64,000 bases of DNA, from contig JAPLWQ010000001.1 in the NCBI GenBank assembly GCA_026396515.1, forward strand, positions 64,564 through 128,563. Reading direction: 5' to 3'. Position numbers and translations under genes: made by a program. This stretch comes from Candidatus Magasanikiibacteriota bacterium. Lineage in GTDB: Bacteria > Patescibacteriota > Patescibacteriia > Magasanikbacterales > GWA2-37-8. The notes beneath the pieces are model-generated. The model made no database searches and was not told the DNA's origin. It was given only the letters and a program-made list of their open reading frames with translations. Below are positions 35,699 through 48,800 of the stretch, in pieces; within the stretch, counting starts at the first letter, position 1, and every line of letters begins with the position of its first letter.

Positions 35699-35727
35699 AT
35701 TGTATCAGATTTTTGTTGATTTGTCAA
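35699..35727 (-). promoter_or_regulatory. Near-consensus sigma70 promoter
   Basis: TTGACA-17-TACAAT overlapping the truB 3' end. Confidence 0.8.
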
Positions 35728-36400
35728 ATACGGCGGCCGGGCTTGCGTTTTCCACTTTGTATTCGCCGATTTTTGTCCGGCGCAATTCTGAACAATAACC
35801 GCCGACTCCCAGCGCATCGCCGATGTCGCGGGCAAGCGTGCGGATGTAGGTGCCGGCGGAACATTCCACTTCAATTTTTAGTTCCGGCCAGGCGTAATCA
35901 ATCAGTCGCGTATTATATATGATAATTTTCTGCGGTTGACGCTCAACTGTTTTTCCGGCGCGGGCTAATTTATACAGTCTTTGTCCGTCAATTTTTTTGG
36001 CCGAATACATCGGCGGAATTTGCGTTTGTTCGCCAATGAATTTTTTTAAAATTTTTTCAATTTTTTCTTTTGATATTTTCCTATTGTCTTCATTATATAT
36101 TGATGACGTAATTACGCCGGTTGGATCATCTGTATCCGATACGGCGCCAAGCTGTACTGTCGCCCGATATGTTTTCGGCAAATTTTTAAATTCGTCCAAT
36201 CGTTTGGTGGCGTCGCGCCCGATGCCGATAATTAATAACCCGGTGGCAAACGGGTCTAAAGTGCCGGCGTGTCCGACGCGGATATTTTTTATGCCTTGTT
36301 CTGCGCGCGCTTGTTTTCTAACGACATTTACCACATCAAAACTGGTCCAGCCAACAGGCTTATCAATTAGAATAAATTTTTCTTTTTCATCTTCTATCAT
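35705..36400 (-). CDS. truB: tRNA pseudouridine(55) synthase
   Basis: DKPVGWTSFDVV, VGHAGTLDPFATGLL, QIPPMYSAKK, CSAGTYIRTL. Confidence 0.97.
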   Translation of the reverse strand: MIEDEKEKFILIDKPVGWTSFDVVNVVRKQARAEQGIKNIRVGHAGTLDPFATGLLIIGIGRDATKRLDEFKNLPKTYRATVQLGAVSDTDDPTGVITSSIYNEDNRKISKEKIEKILKKFIGEQTQIPPMYSAKKIDGQRLYKLARAGKTVERQPQKIIIYNTRLIDYAWPELKIEVECSAGTYIRTLARDIGDALGVGGYCSELRRTKIGEYKVENASPAAVFDKSTKI

Positions 36401-36517
36401 AATGTTTGAACTCTATCACTAATGCAAAAATGCTTCAAGAAAAAAACCGCCCCGGCGCAATGCCGGAGCGGGTTAAAAGTGGAATGGGGGAGAGGAAGGT
36501 GGGGTGAACCTCTCCCG

Positions 36518-36853
36518 TTAATAGACGTCGAGCCAGGCGAGAAGGAGCTGAAACAGCAGTGGATTGTGCCGCGAGAGTTTGTACCAGAGCAGTTCAGACG
36601 GGCGATCCATGCTTGTCGCGATGAAGCCCTGGCAGAACACACGCTGTTCATCGTTGGTCGAGAGGCCCAGCACCTCGAACAGGGCGTCGAGTTTAGCCGG
36701 ATTGCGCCTTTTTCCGCCGTCAACCGGGATCAGCACAATTTTATCATGCGGTCCGATTGGTTCACCGGAGATGTAGCATTTCCCGGTTTCTTCCTTGGCG
36801 GGAAAGGGCGGAATGCGGTCGTCCGGAGGCGGAATTGAGCTGGTGCTTGGCAT
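36518..36853 (-). CDS. Hypothetical protein (GC-rich class)
   Basis: AAGGAGG SD; a terminator-like hairpin follows at about 36440-36475. Confidence 0.55.
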   Translation of the reverse strand: MPSTSSIPPPDDRIPPFPAKEETGKCYISGEPIGPHDKIVLIPVDGGKRRNPAKLDALFEVLGLSTNDEQRVFCQGFIATSMDRPSELLWYKLSRHNPLLFQLLLAWLDVY

Positions 36854-36855
36854 GT

Positions 36856-37044
36856 TCAATCGTGGGCCTCCTTTCCCGTGTCCGGACCTTGAATATGCGC
36901 TTTCATGTCGGATTCGTGGTCGCTCGCGACGAACGAGATGTCGTTGTCGTGGGCGCTGAGTCCGAACTCCGGAGGAGCGGAAGACCGTTCCTCATGGGCC
37001 ATTGCCCTGCGCACATCCTCGTTCCGGCTGAAGCGTGTTTTCAT
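36856..37044 (-). CDS. Hypothetical protein (GC-rich class)
   Basis: AAGGAG SD; TTGACA(37158-53)-17-TATACT; TGTTCTTTT leader motif. Confidence 0.55.
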   Translation of the reverse strand: MKTRFSRNEDVRRAMAHEERSSAPPEFGLSAHDNDISFVASDHESDMKAHIQGPDTGKEAHD

Positions 37045-37262
37045 GTGCCCTTCTCCTTTTTCGGTTTGTGTTGAAACTCACTGCCCTTTGAACGCGAAAA
37101 GAACAAGAAAATCTCCCCTTTGGGGTGGCAGTATATTCTCATTTTTAATGTTTGTCAAGGGTTTTTGGGGATAACCATATCGGGCAGGTGGGTCATTTGA
37201 CTTAATGACATTTTAAAGGTATAATTTTCGCTATTCACCCTCCTTATTTAACAGGGTAAATC

Positions 37263-39272
37263 ATGAATGTCACAGATTTGGCCAGACAATTAAGAGTACC
37301 TCCGCAGCGGCTTCTGCAAGTATTGCCGGAGTTTGGTTTTGATATCGGCGCACGGGCGGTGAAGGTGGATGACCGGGTGGCACAGCAAATTCAGCGCGAG
37401 TGGAGACGAATAAAATTTGTACTCGAAGACCGTGAAAAAAAGGAAAAAGAAAAACAAAAAGAATTGGAAAAAGAGGCGCGCCTTCAAAGCGGAGCGACTG
37501 TAAAAATTTCCGGACGGATTACGGTTAAAGATTTGGCGGTTGTTTTGGATGTCCCGCTGAATAAATTGATTTTGGAATTAATGAAAAACGGAATTTTAGC
37601 GACGCAAAATGAATTTTTGGATCGCGATACGGCGGCGATCGTTGCCGGAGAAATGGGATATACCGTGGAGCACGAGGAGAAAAAAATTGAAGACACCTCC
37701 ACCGCTCACACCGCCACCTTAGAAAAAATTCTTGAAGAAAAAAGCGAGGTGCGTGCGCCGGTGATTGTAGTAATGGGGCATGTTGATCATGGAAAAACAA
37801 AATTATTAGACGCGGTGCGCCGGACAAATGTTATGGAATCTGAAGCCGGCGGAATTACACAGCACATTGGCGCTTATCAGGTAATGTGGACAAATCCGAA
37901 AACAAAAGAAAAACGCCCGATCACTTTTATTGATACTCCCGGCCACGAAGCGTTCACAGTAATGCGCAGCCGCGGGGCGAAAGTTGCCGACATCGCCATA
38001 TTGGTAGTGGCGGCTGATGATGGGGTAAAACCGCAGACAATTGAAGCGATCAATATCGCCAAAGCGGCTAAATTGCCGATGCTGGTGGCGATAAATAAAA
38101 TTGACAAAGAAGGCGCTGACCCGAACCGGACGCGGACCGATTTATCTCAACACGGGGTGATTTCCGACGAGTGGGGAGGGGATGTGCCGATGGTGGAAAT
38201 TTCCGCTAAGTTTGACAAAAATATTGATAAACTTTTAGACACTTTGTTGCTAGTAGCCGATATGCATGACGCGGAAATTCGCGCCAATCCGACTCGCGCG
38301 GCAGCCGGTACAGTGATTGAAGCACACGTGGATAAAGGCGAGGGTCCGGTGGCTACGCTTCTTGTTCAAGCCGGCACTTTGAAAGTGAATGATCCGCTGG
38401 TTGTGAACGGAGAAATTTACGGCAAAGTCCGAGCCATGAAAAATTATCGCGGCGAAAATATATTGGAGGCCGGCCCGAGTTGTCCGGTTCGTATTTTAGG
38501 TTTCAAAGTCGCGCCGCAAATGGGCGATGTGCTCGATGTGGGTGGTGTCGGCCAGGCAACTTTGATTGATATTAAATCAAAACGCACTCAACAGTCGGGC
38601 GCGGAACAGCGGCCGGTGTCTTCAAGCAGTGAAACTCCGGAAGAAGAAAGAAAATTCATGAATGTAATTGTTAAAGCCGATACCCTTGGTTCGCTTGAAG
38701 CAATTATTGGTTCGCTGGAAAAAATTAAAAATGATGAAGTGGCGGTAAAAGTGGTGGGCAAGGGTTTGGGCAATGTCGGCCCTGACGATGTGTCATTGGC
38801 CGAAACAACCCAGGGAATATTATTTGGTTTCAATGTCACGCCGACTCCGATTGCCGCGGGAATGATTCAGGAAAAAAATATTAATTATCGTCCGTACAAA
38901 GTTATTTATGATTTGTTTGATTATGTGAAGGAAGAATTGGAAAAACTTTTGAATCCGGAGGTGGTCACCACTGAACTCGGGAATTTTAAAGTGGTGGCAA
39001 TTTTTCGCACGGAAAAAAATCTGATGATCTTGGGCGGCAGAGTGGAGCAGGGGAAGTTGGTGAAGGATGCTAAGGTGCGTGTTAAGCGAAAAGGCGAATT
39101 TATTGGTATTGGGAAAATCGGCGCTCTGCAAGCGAGCAAACAGGCGGTGAATGAAGTGCCGGAGGGCACTGAATGCGGTTTGCAATATGACGGAAAGTTG
39201 AGAGTGGAAATAGGGGATGTGCTGGAAGCGTATCGGGAAGAGAAAAAGGAAAAGAAGCTGGTGCTTTCATAA
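37263..39272 (+). CDS. infB: Translation initiation factor IF-2
   Basis: [33 protein letters not shown]. Confidence 0.98.
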   Translation: MNVTDLARQLRVPPQRLLQVLPEFGFDIGARAVKVDDRVAQQIQREWRRIKFVLEDREKKEKEKQKELEKEARLQSGATVKISGRITVKDLAVVLDVPLNKLILELMKNGILATQNEFLDRDTAAIVAGEMGYTVEHEEKKIEDTSTAHTATLEKILEEKSEVRAPVIVVMGHVDHGKTKLLDAVRRTNVMESEAGGITQHIGAYQVMWTNPKTKEKRPITFIDTPGHEAFTVMRSRGAKVADIAILVVAADDGVKPQTIEAINIAKAAKLPMLVAINKIDKEGADPNRTRTDLSQHGVISDEWGGDVPMVEISAKFDKNIDKLLDTLLLVADMHDAEIRANPTRAAAGTVIEAHVDKGEGPVATLLVQAGTLKVNDPLVVNGEIYGKVRAMKNYRGENILEAGPSCPVRILGFKVAPQMGDVLDVGGVGQATLIDIKSKRTQQSGAEQRPVSSSSETPEEERKFMNVIVKADTLGSLEAIIGSLEKIKNDEVAVKVVGKGLGNVGPDDVSLAETTQGILFGFNVTPTPIAAGMIQEKNINYRPYKVIYDLFDYVKEELEKLLNPEVVTTELGNFKVVAIFRTEKNLMILGGRVEQGKLVKDAKVRVKRKGEFIGIGKIGALQASKQAVNEVPEGTECGLQYDGKLRVEIGDVLEAYREEKKEKKLVLS

Positions 39273-39300
39273 ATATATTATTTATTTTATTTATTAGCTC

Positions 39301-39410
39301 ATCAGATATTTGTTTCGGACACGGGTCTCCTCATCTCTGGACTCGTCGCCCTAACGCTCGTGCCGGCTGTGGCGCCGTCACTCCGCGATTGTCCTCAACA
39401 AAGATCTGAT
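39301..39410. repeat. Intergenic element with terminal inverted repeats (MITE/REP-like)
   Basis: ATCAGATATTTGTT..GGACA ... TGTCC..AACAAAGATCTGAT. Confidence 0.5.
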
Positions 39411-39429
39411 TCGCAAATCTATTAATCAT

Positions 39430-39753
39430 ATGGAGCAAACATTTACCGACGCAAATTTTGAAGCCGAAGTTTTGAAATCCACAGAGCCAGTGTTTGTGGA
39501 TTTTTGGGCGCCGTGGTGTGGACCGTGCCAGATGATGGGGGCGATTGTGGAAGAGCTGGCTAAGGAATTTGAAGGGAAAAAAATTAAGATTGGCAAATTG
39601 AATGTTGATGAAAATGCTGATGCCGCCGGCAAATACAGCATTATGAGCATACCGAGTTTTATTATTTTTAAAGATGGCGCTCCGGTTGATCAGATAACCG
39701 GCGGTGTGCAGAAGGAAAAACTGCAGGAAATGATTGCAAAATACGCGGTATAA
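39430..39753 (+). CDS. trxA: Thioredoxin
   Basis: VDFWAPWCGPC. Confidence 0.97.
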   Translation: MEQTFTDANFEAEVLKSTEPVFVDFWAPWCGPCQMMGAIVEELAKEFEGKKIKIGKLNVDENADAAGKYSIMSIPSFIIFKDGAPVDQITGGVQKEKLQEMIAKYAV

Positions 39754-39868
39754 GCAATAGTTTAAAATAGTAAATTCCGCTCCGACTAAGTCGGAGCGGT
39801 TTTTGTTTCCACTGTGGATAACTTAGCCAAAAATCTTACAGTTTAAGCGTAAAAGTGGTATAATAATA

Positions 39869-42800
39869 ATGAGCATACAATTTAAACCGACTATGAATCT
39901 ATTGTCGGAGAAGGTAGTGAAAAAAATGACATCGCATAAAGCGGTAATTTTGAAATTATTCGGTTGTTTTTGTCTTTTCACCTTTATATCTTTGGGGATT
40001 GTCTTAGTTGCCCGGTCGGCCACACCGCCGTCAATAATTACTTATCAGGGAAAATTGTTGGTGGGCGGTTCTTCAGCTTCCACCACAGAGAACATGTACT
40101 TTGTTTTGTATGATGCCCCGACTGGGGGAACTCCACTTTACACCGCATCCGGAACTTTGGGCGCCACATCCTCTATAGCGGTCACTCCGTTTGCCGGGTT
40201 GTTCACCGTAAATCTTGGCGACACCGGTACCAACTCTCTTGATCCGGACATCTATAAAAATAATTCTGCTGTTTATCTCGAGGTGCGTGTGGGCTCTGAA
40301 ATCCTAACTCCCCGCAAACGCATTTCTTCCGCGCCCTACGCTTTCAACGCAAAATATTTAGACGGCGTAGCACCGTCAACAAATACCAACACCGCCCACA
40401 TCCCGGTCTCTGACTCATCGGGTAATTTTAATTTTAACAATATCACTTCCACCGGCGCATATGTCAGTGGAATTTTAAGCGTGGTCGGAAATTCATATTT
40501 CGGAAACATTGCTTCCGGCACTTGGAGCGGTACTGCCATCGGAGCTTCTCGCGGCGGCACTGGGGCTGATTCATCCGGCTGGACTGGTTTTGCCTATGTG
40601 AGCGGTGGCGCTTGGACATCAACCACTTCTATTCCTGCCGGTTCGCTCCCGAGCAATATCATGCTTGAAGGCGAAAACATTTCTCTACTTAACAACGACG
40701 CCGGATATGTAACATCCTCATTCACACCTGCGGGGATGGTCACAGGCACAGGTTCAAACGGTCAGGTTACATTCTGGACAGGCACTAGTTCTGTTTCCGG
40801 TTCATCCACTTTTATCTGGGATAATACTAATGGGAGGCTTGGTATTGGGATACCTTCCCCGGCTGACGCGGTAGATGTTGTAGGCAATATCAACATCAAC
40901 GCAGGCGGTTACTATAAATATGATGGCGTAAATTTTGCCATGGCTCAGCCGGTTTTGGAGAATTTCTTTACCGGAGGCTCAGGGAATTTGTCGATGACAG
41001 GAATGTATAACGTTGCCAATGGTTATCGGGCGTTTATCGCCAACACGACTGGCTTCAATAATACCGCGGACGGCGCCTATTCAATGTATTCAAATACCAC
41101 AGGTAACAATAACTTGGCTAGTGGTGTTCAGGCACTATATTGGAACGAGAGTGGATCGGGCAACACCGGTGTCGGCTCAAACGCCCTTGCCTCCAATACG
41201 TCATCTGATGCCAATGTGGCCGTCGGCTATGGCGCCCTTTATTATAATATTGTCGCCTCTAATACGGCCGTGGGTTATGAAGCGCTTCTTAATAACACGA
41301 CAGGAGGAATGAACACGGCCAATGGTTATCAGGCTCTTCGTTCCAATACAGAAGGTTGGGAAAATACTGCGACCGGCTTTCAAGCTTTATTTTCCAATAC
41401 TACCGGCGAACTAAATACCGCGTATGGCGCCGGCGCACTTATGTCAAACACTACCGGTTCAAGCAACAATGCTTTTGGCGAGAATGCTTTGTCTTCCAAC
41501 TCGATCGGGCACGATAACACGGCTATTGGAGAGAATTCTTTGAGAGATAATACCGTCGGTTATTATAATACTGCTGTTGGAAGTTATTCTCTCGTTTCCA
41601 ATCTTACCGGTATAGAGAATATTGTCGTCGGATCAAACGCGCTTAACTACAATGAAACCGGAAGTTACAATACCGCGCTCGGAAATTTTGCCTTGTCCTT
41701 CAACGTATCATCTTCGGCGAATGTAGCTTTCGGCCATGCCTCTCTTTATTCAAATGTCGCCGCTTCGAACACCGCCATCGGTTACCGTTCCGGCACAAAT
41801 GTAACGAGTGGCGCGAGAAATATCCTAGTCGGCTATCAGGCCGGCGAGTCACTGATTACCGGCTCACATAATATTGTTATTGGTTATGATATAGACACCC
41901 CGTCACTTTCTTCAGTGGATACTTTAAATATTGGTAATCTTATATACGGCACCGGTGTCGATGGGTCCAATACGACTATTAGCTCAGGATATATAGGGAT
42001 TGGTACGAGTACCCCTTTATATAAACTCACCGTTGCCGGCGACTTTGCGGCTACGGGCACCATTCGAGTGGGGAACTCAATGTCGGCCGGTACTTATGGC
42101 CAGCTACTCATGTCCACTGCCACAAGCGCGCAATGGATTTCTACTTCGTCGCTCGGTCTCGGCAATGTATCCGGCACCGGTTTAGCTAATCATGTTTCAT
42201 ACTGGAGCAGTGCCACCAGCCAAACATATGACAGCGACGGAAATTTTTATTGGGATTCGACAAATAATCGCCTTGGAATTGGAACTTCTACTCCCCAACA
42301 TACTGTGGAAGTGATGTCTACAGGACTGGGTAATGGCATTGTTGTGTCCAGCGGAACTTACATGATGGCGGGAATAGGAAATCACGGGGCTTATGCCGAT
42401 GCCGGAGCGCTTGCTGCTTTTTATCAAGGAACGATGACTGCTTTGATTGGTGCTACGGGCACATCATATATTAGAGGCGGCTTTGAAGTCGGGCCAAACG
42501 CGGGGCTTGCAGGTCCGGAATTCAAAGTCGATTCGAACGGTAATCTTACAAGAATAAATGATATAACTTATTCCTGGCCCTCTGTTCAGGGTACGGCGGG
42601 AACAATTTTACAGAATACCGGCGCTGGCGCTTTAGCATGGGCCGCCACTTCTTCTCTCGGTTTTGCTTCTTCCTCCGGTTCAAATGAATATATTCAAAAT
42701 CAATTTGCATCCAACCAATCTGCGAGTTTTAGAATTGGCGGCATTGGCGCGATGAATACAACAACAATCGGTACGACTACTCCGGAGTTCTCCTTATCTA

Positions 42801-45800
42801 TTGGCGGTGATGGTGGCATGCTCGCTGTTGGGCCGGGTTTGGGCGATGATTCCGAAGGTACTGTGCTAACAACATCCGGTACTGGTACGCGAATGATTTG
42901 GTTTCCTCGCAAAGCGGCTTTTCGAGCAGGTTCGGTTGGAGAAGATGGGGAATATGCCGACGCGTGGGATGATGCGAATATTGGTCATCACTCTACCTCA
43001 TTTGGTGGAAGTAATACTGCCAGCGGAAAATATACTTTTGCTGCCGGCTACGGCAATACAGCTGCTACTGGTTTTAGTTTTACTCTTGGGGCCCGCAATT
43101 TTGTTGATGGTAGTAGTGACGGACCGGGTGCTTTAGGGTCACAAAATTATGTATATGCAAATCAAGGAGCCATGGCGATTGGTCGTGGGAATACAGTAAT
43201 TACCCCGGCGGGAAATAGCCCGGCAATGGCGATTGGTTATTTCAACTCTTCAACAGGCGCATATTCAAATTCGTTCGGGTCATATATGAATGTGTCCGGA
43301 GAATATGCTTTTGGCATTAATGTAAGTACCACTCCGGCGACTTTGGCGCAAAATAATACGATTGCTTTGATGGGTGGAAATGTTGGAGTGGGAACGGTTA
43401 CCCCGGAATTCAGATTATCAGTTGATAATGACGGTGGTGTTATTGCCAAAGGCACGTTCGGAGCCGGCGCGTCTCTTTCGACTTCCGGCGCCGGCACCCG
43501 CATGTTTTGGTATCCGAGAAAGGCGGCATTCAGGGCCGGCCGTACAATTGGTTCCGGATGGGATGATATCAATATTGGAGAATACTCCGCTGCATTTGGT
43601 TTCGACACTGTTGCGAGCGGTACGGCATCTTTTGCTATGGGGACACAGGCGGTAGCAAGTGAAGAACATGGGACGGCAATCGGTATGTCTGTAGAAGCAA
43701 GCGGATATAATGCTATGGCCTTGGGGTACGGAGTGAATGTAAGCGGCTGGGGTTCTTTTGGATTAAATGTCAGTACAACTTATTATCCGACAGTGTCACA
43801 GGGAAACACCATCGCACTTCTCGGCGGCAATGTCGGTATCGGTACTACTGTTCCGAATGACAGCCTTGATGTTGTTGGAAATGTAGACATTGCTGCAGGC
43901 AGTTATTATAAATATAACAATGTTAACTTTGCGATGGCCTCCACCACGCTTGGAAACTACTTTTTCGGTGGGGCAGGCAATTTATTGATGACGGGCGATA
44001 ACAATACTGCAGGTGGTAACGGCGCCTTGTCTGTTAATACATCAGGTCAGTGGGACGTTGCCTTAGGTTCAGGGGCGTTGGATGCGAACACGGGCGGAAA
44101 TCAAAATACTGCCGTCGGTTTCAGTGCTTTGGGATCAAATGTTTCCTCGGGAGAAAATACTGCAATAGGTACCTATGCATTAGGGAATAATAATGGGGGT
44201 TTCTTTAATAGTGCGCTTGGTGCAGATGCCCTGAGAATGAATACAAACGGCAACGACAATAACGCTTTTGGCTTTCAGGCTCTTTATAGAAATACAACCG
44301 GAGTGAGCAATCTTGCTTTTGGCGGTAGCGCCCTTCACGAAAATATTGGCGGGGGTGGCAACATCGCGGTTGGTGGCGGGTCCCTCTATTCAAATATTGG
44401 CGGTGGTCAAAATACGGCAATTGGGTTAAATACGCTTTATAACAATACTAGTGGCGACAATAATGCCGTCCTTGGTTCTAATGCTCTTTATTATAATACA
44501 ACCGGATTAGGCAATACCGCCGTTGGTACGTATTCAGGTAGAGGCAGTGGTTCTGACGTTAATATGCGATCGGTAATCGATACCTATTCCACATTTTTAG
44601 GATATGGGGCTTCCCGAGATTCTTCAGTGGCGTCAACAACGATTCTCACAAATGCAACTGCTATTGGGTATCAAGCTAAAGTCGGTGCAAACAACGCCAT
44701 TGTGTTGGGAGGTACCGGTTCGTATGCGGTGAATGTTGGTATTGGCACCATATCTCCGACCTACCGATTAACCGTAATGGGTGACTTTGCCGCTACGGGC
44801 ACTATTAGAGTGGGCGATACAATGTCTGCCGGAACATATGGTCAGTTGCTTATGTCTACTGCCACCAGCGCACAATGGATTTCTACATCGTCGCTTGGTC
44901 TCGGTAATGTATCCGGCACCGGCTTAGCCAATCACGTTTCATACTGGAGCAGCGCCACCAGCCAAACATATGACAGCGACGGAAATTTTTATTGGGATTC
45001 GACAAATAATCGCCTTGGAATTGGCACGACAACACCGGAGTTTAGATTATCCGTCGAAAATGACGGCGGTATTATTGCCAAAGGTACATATGGCAGTGGT
45101 GCAACGCTTACAACTTCCGGTGAAGGCGCCCGTATGATTTGGTATCCGAGAAAGGCTGCTTTTAGAGCCGGCTATGCGTATGACACACAGTGGGACGATG
45201 CAAATATTGGCGATTATTCGGTCGCTTTTAATCGCAATACAATCGCAAGCGGTGCCTACAGTTCGGCTTTTGGAAGAGCCTCCGTCGCAAGTGGCACTTA
45301 TAGCACAGCCATTGGTTATGGTTCTGTTGCGGGTGGTATTGCAAGTGTCGCTATTGGTTATACTTCACAAGCTAATGCGTCTGAGAGCATTGCTGTCGGC
45401 ACAAATATGATCGTCAATGGTAATTATTCTTTTGGTCTAAATGTTTCCTCTACTTCATATACATTATCTCAAGCCAACACAATCGCTTTGATGGGTGGCA
45501 ATGTTGGAATTGGCACTACTACTCCTTCAACTTTATTGCATATTGCCGGAACCACTACTGCACAAAATATTGTTCCCGACATGACCGGCGGTTCGGGTAA
45601 TATGAGTCTATACAATCTTGGCGCCTCCACCACCCGCTGGAATTCCATTTGGACTGGTACAACGAACATTGGAACTAGCACATGGTCTTTAACCACGGCG
45701 GGCGATGGGCGATTAGGATTTTTTAGCCAGCCGAACGGAGGGGGGAGTGAATATGTTACTGTGGCGACAAGTGGGTATGTAGGGTTTGGCATCACAAACC

Positions 45801-48800
45801 CGCAGCTCAAACTTTCCATGGATACGACGGCGCCAAACAACTGGATAAACGGTTTAAATATGGTGGGAAACGCCAGTCCGACCGTGTTTCTTGGAAACTA
45901 TAATTCCAGTGGTTATTATTCTTCAATGTTGGCTCTTTACGATAATACAAGTGCTGACCCGTTCACTCTTGTTGCAGTTGGTAAATCATTTTTTAATTAT
46001 GGTTTATCAGTTGGTGTTGCAACGCAGACATACTCACAGCCTTTATTTACTGTTGGTAACGCGTATCAATTCGGAGTTAATTCAAGCGGAAATCTTGTCC
46101 GAATAAACAATGTTACGACTTCCTGGCCCGGTACGCAGGGCGCGGCAGGGTCAATTTTACAAAATAATGGTGCGGGAACTTTAACATGGGCATCCACCTC
46201 CTCTCTCGGCCTCGCTTCTTCTTCCGGTTCAAATAACTATATTCAAAATCAATCTAGTGCTAATCAGTCGGCAAGTTTTAGAATTACCGGTACCGGCACA
46301 TTGGCCGCGGTCGGTATTGGTGTAACAAATCCTGCGAAGAGTCTTGATGTTAACGGCAGCGCGATTTTCAATAAACAGTGTAGCGGTCATTCAGATTGCG
46401 GTACGGGCGGAGTTTGCTCCGGTGGATATTGTATTGCCGGCAGTGAGATGTCAAAGATTGGTGTTGGCACTATCACACCGGAATTTTCATTGTCCATGGA
46501 TTATGACGGCGGTATTATTGCCAAAGGAACATATGGCAGTGGTGCAACGCTCACAACTTCAGGCGCCGGCACAAAATTGATTTGGTATCCGCAGAAAGCG
46601 GCTTTCAGAGCGGGGTATGTAAATGGCACCCAATGGAATGACGCGAATATTGGAGCGTATTCAGCGGCATTTGGTAACAATAATACAGCATCCGGTGCAA
46701 GCGATTTCGCGGCCGGTAATGGCAACACAGCCGGCGGGGGCGCATCGGTTGCGATGGGTGTTTCCAACGTCGCAAGCGGCTATGGCGCAATTGCTCTTGG
46801 CGCCTTGAACAATTCCACGGCCAACTATGCTGTTACTATGGGTTATGGAAATTCCGCGTCAGGTGTTAGCCAAGCGCAGGCCTATGGTAATTACGCAATC
46901 TCCGATAGTCAAAATTCAATCGCTTTTGGCAACTATGTTACGTCAAGCAATTACGCGTCCATGGCGCTCGGTCATAAAATGACGGTGTCGGGCGGCTATT
47001 CTTTTGGCGTAAATGTTTCCGATACTCCCGCCACCCTTTCTCAAGCCAGCACGATTGCTCTTATGGGCGGCAAAGTCGGTATCGGTACAACCACCCCGGA
47101 ATTTAGATTATCAATTGATAATGACGGCGGTATTATTGCTAAAGGAACATATACCACTGGTGCAACACTTACAACTTCCGGTGCAGGCACACGCATGATT
47201 TGGTATCCGCGCAAGGCTGCTTTTAGAGTTGGTGCCGTTGGCATATTAACAAATAGTGATGGCTGGGATGATTCAAAGGTTGGAATGGCATCATTTGTAG
47301 CTGGTGCAGATAGTATAGCCTCAAATACACTTTCGGTTGCGTTTGGGTATAACAACTTCTCAACCGGTCCGGCCTCATTTGTTGGAGGAGCGAACTCCAC
47401 TTCAAGCGCCTCCACCTCGTTCGCCTATGGCAATGGCGTAGTATCATCAGGAAACAGATCTTTTGCGATTGGAAATTTTACTGTGGCTTCAGGGACCAAT
47501 TCGTTTGCGGGCGGAATGGAAGGAACCATCGCCAGCGGGGATAATTCTTTCGCATTTGGTAACGCTGCCGTGACTTTAGGGACCAATTCGTTTGCGGGCG
47601 GTATGTTTTCAACTGCAGGCGGCGAAAATTCCATTGCCTTTGGCAATAATGTTGAGGCTACCGGAATAAATTCCGTCGGTTTCGGTATGGACACCATCGT
47701 CAGCGGTGACAGTGCTTTTGCTTTTGGTGTACAAACTACTACGGCTGCCGGCGATGCCTCATTTGCCGGCGGTGTCCGGGCATATGCTGGCGGAGATTAT
47801 TCTTTTGCTTTTGGAGCCGATACAACATCAACTGGCGGCAACTCTTTTGCACTAGGTTCTGATATTACAGTGCAGGGATTAAATTCTTTTGGAATAAGTT
47901 TGATGGGTGGTGCTGACCGTTTAGTTACAAGTAACAATGTCATGGCCATCATGGGCGGCAACGTCGGTATTGGTTCGTCCAGCCCGAACTACCTTTTATC
48001 CATGGAAGCATCCGGCGGCGGCTTCTATTCGGTTGCAGATAAACAATGGCACGCTGGTTCATCCCGTGCCATCAAACAGGACATATCAGTCATATCCTCC
48101 GACCAGAGAGATGATCTTCTAACACTATTAGACAACATTGAAATCAATAAATACAGATTCATCAGCGACTTTAACGAGAATGGCGCTGACGCTATCTGGC
48201 AATACGGTTTCATTGCCGACGACACTGACGAGCTTCTATCCGGCCGTAACCATGATGGTGTAGCTATGGGCAGCGCCATTCAATTCCTTTTAACCAACCT
48301 CCAGACCATCTACCGTGCTTTTAACCCGATTGATCTGGCCATTGATGTAAACACCTCATCAATATCTTTTAATACCAACAAACTTTCCTTTTCCACCTCC
48401 ACTATTTTTGAAACTGCGGTAAGCAATGACTCTAACGCCCGCGCCTTTGTCTTTAACGCCATCAACTTTAACACTTCAACCTCTGACCGTTATCTGTTAT
48501 CTCTTCGCTCCAACAACACCCCTGTCTTTTCTGTCACGGCGAACGGTGATGTCCATAGCTCAGGCAACATCTATGCCGCTTCCGCTGTTCTTGGTACTTC
48601 CACCAACCCCGGCGACCTGGCAGAGAGAGTGGATATTGCCATGGAAGAAAATGTTGAACCCGGCGACGTCCTAATGGTAGATGAGAACAATCCCGACTCA
48701 TACAGAAGAACCGCCCAGGCCTATGAACCGACCGTAGCCGGCGTTGTTTCCACCAACCCCACTATTATTGTCGGCAACGGCAAGACCGAACAAACCGCCC

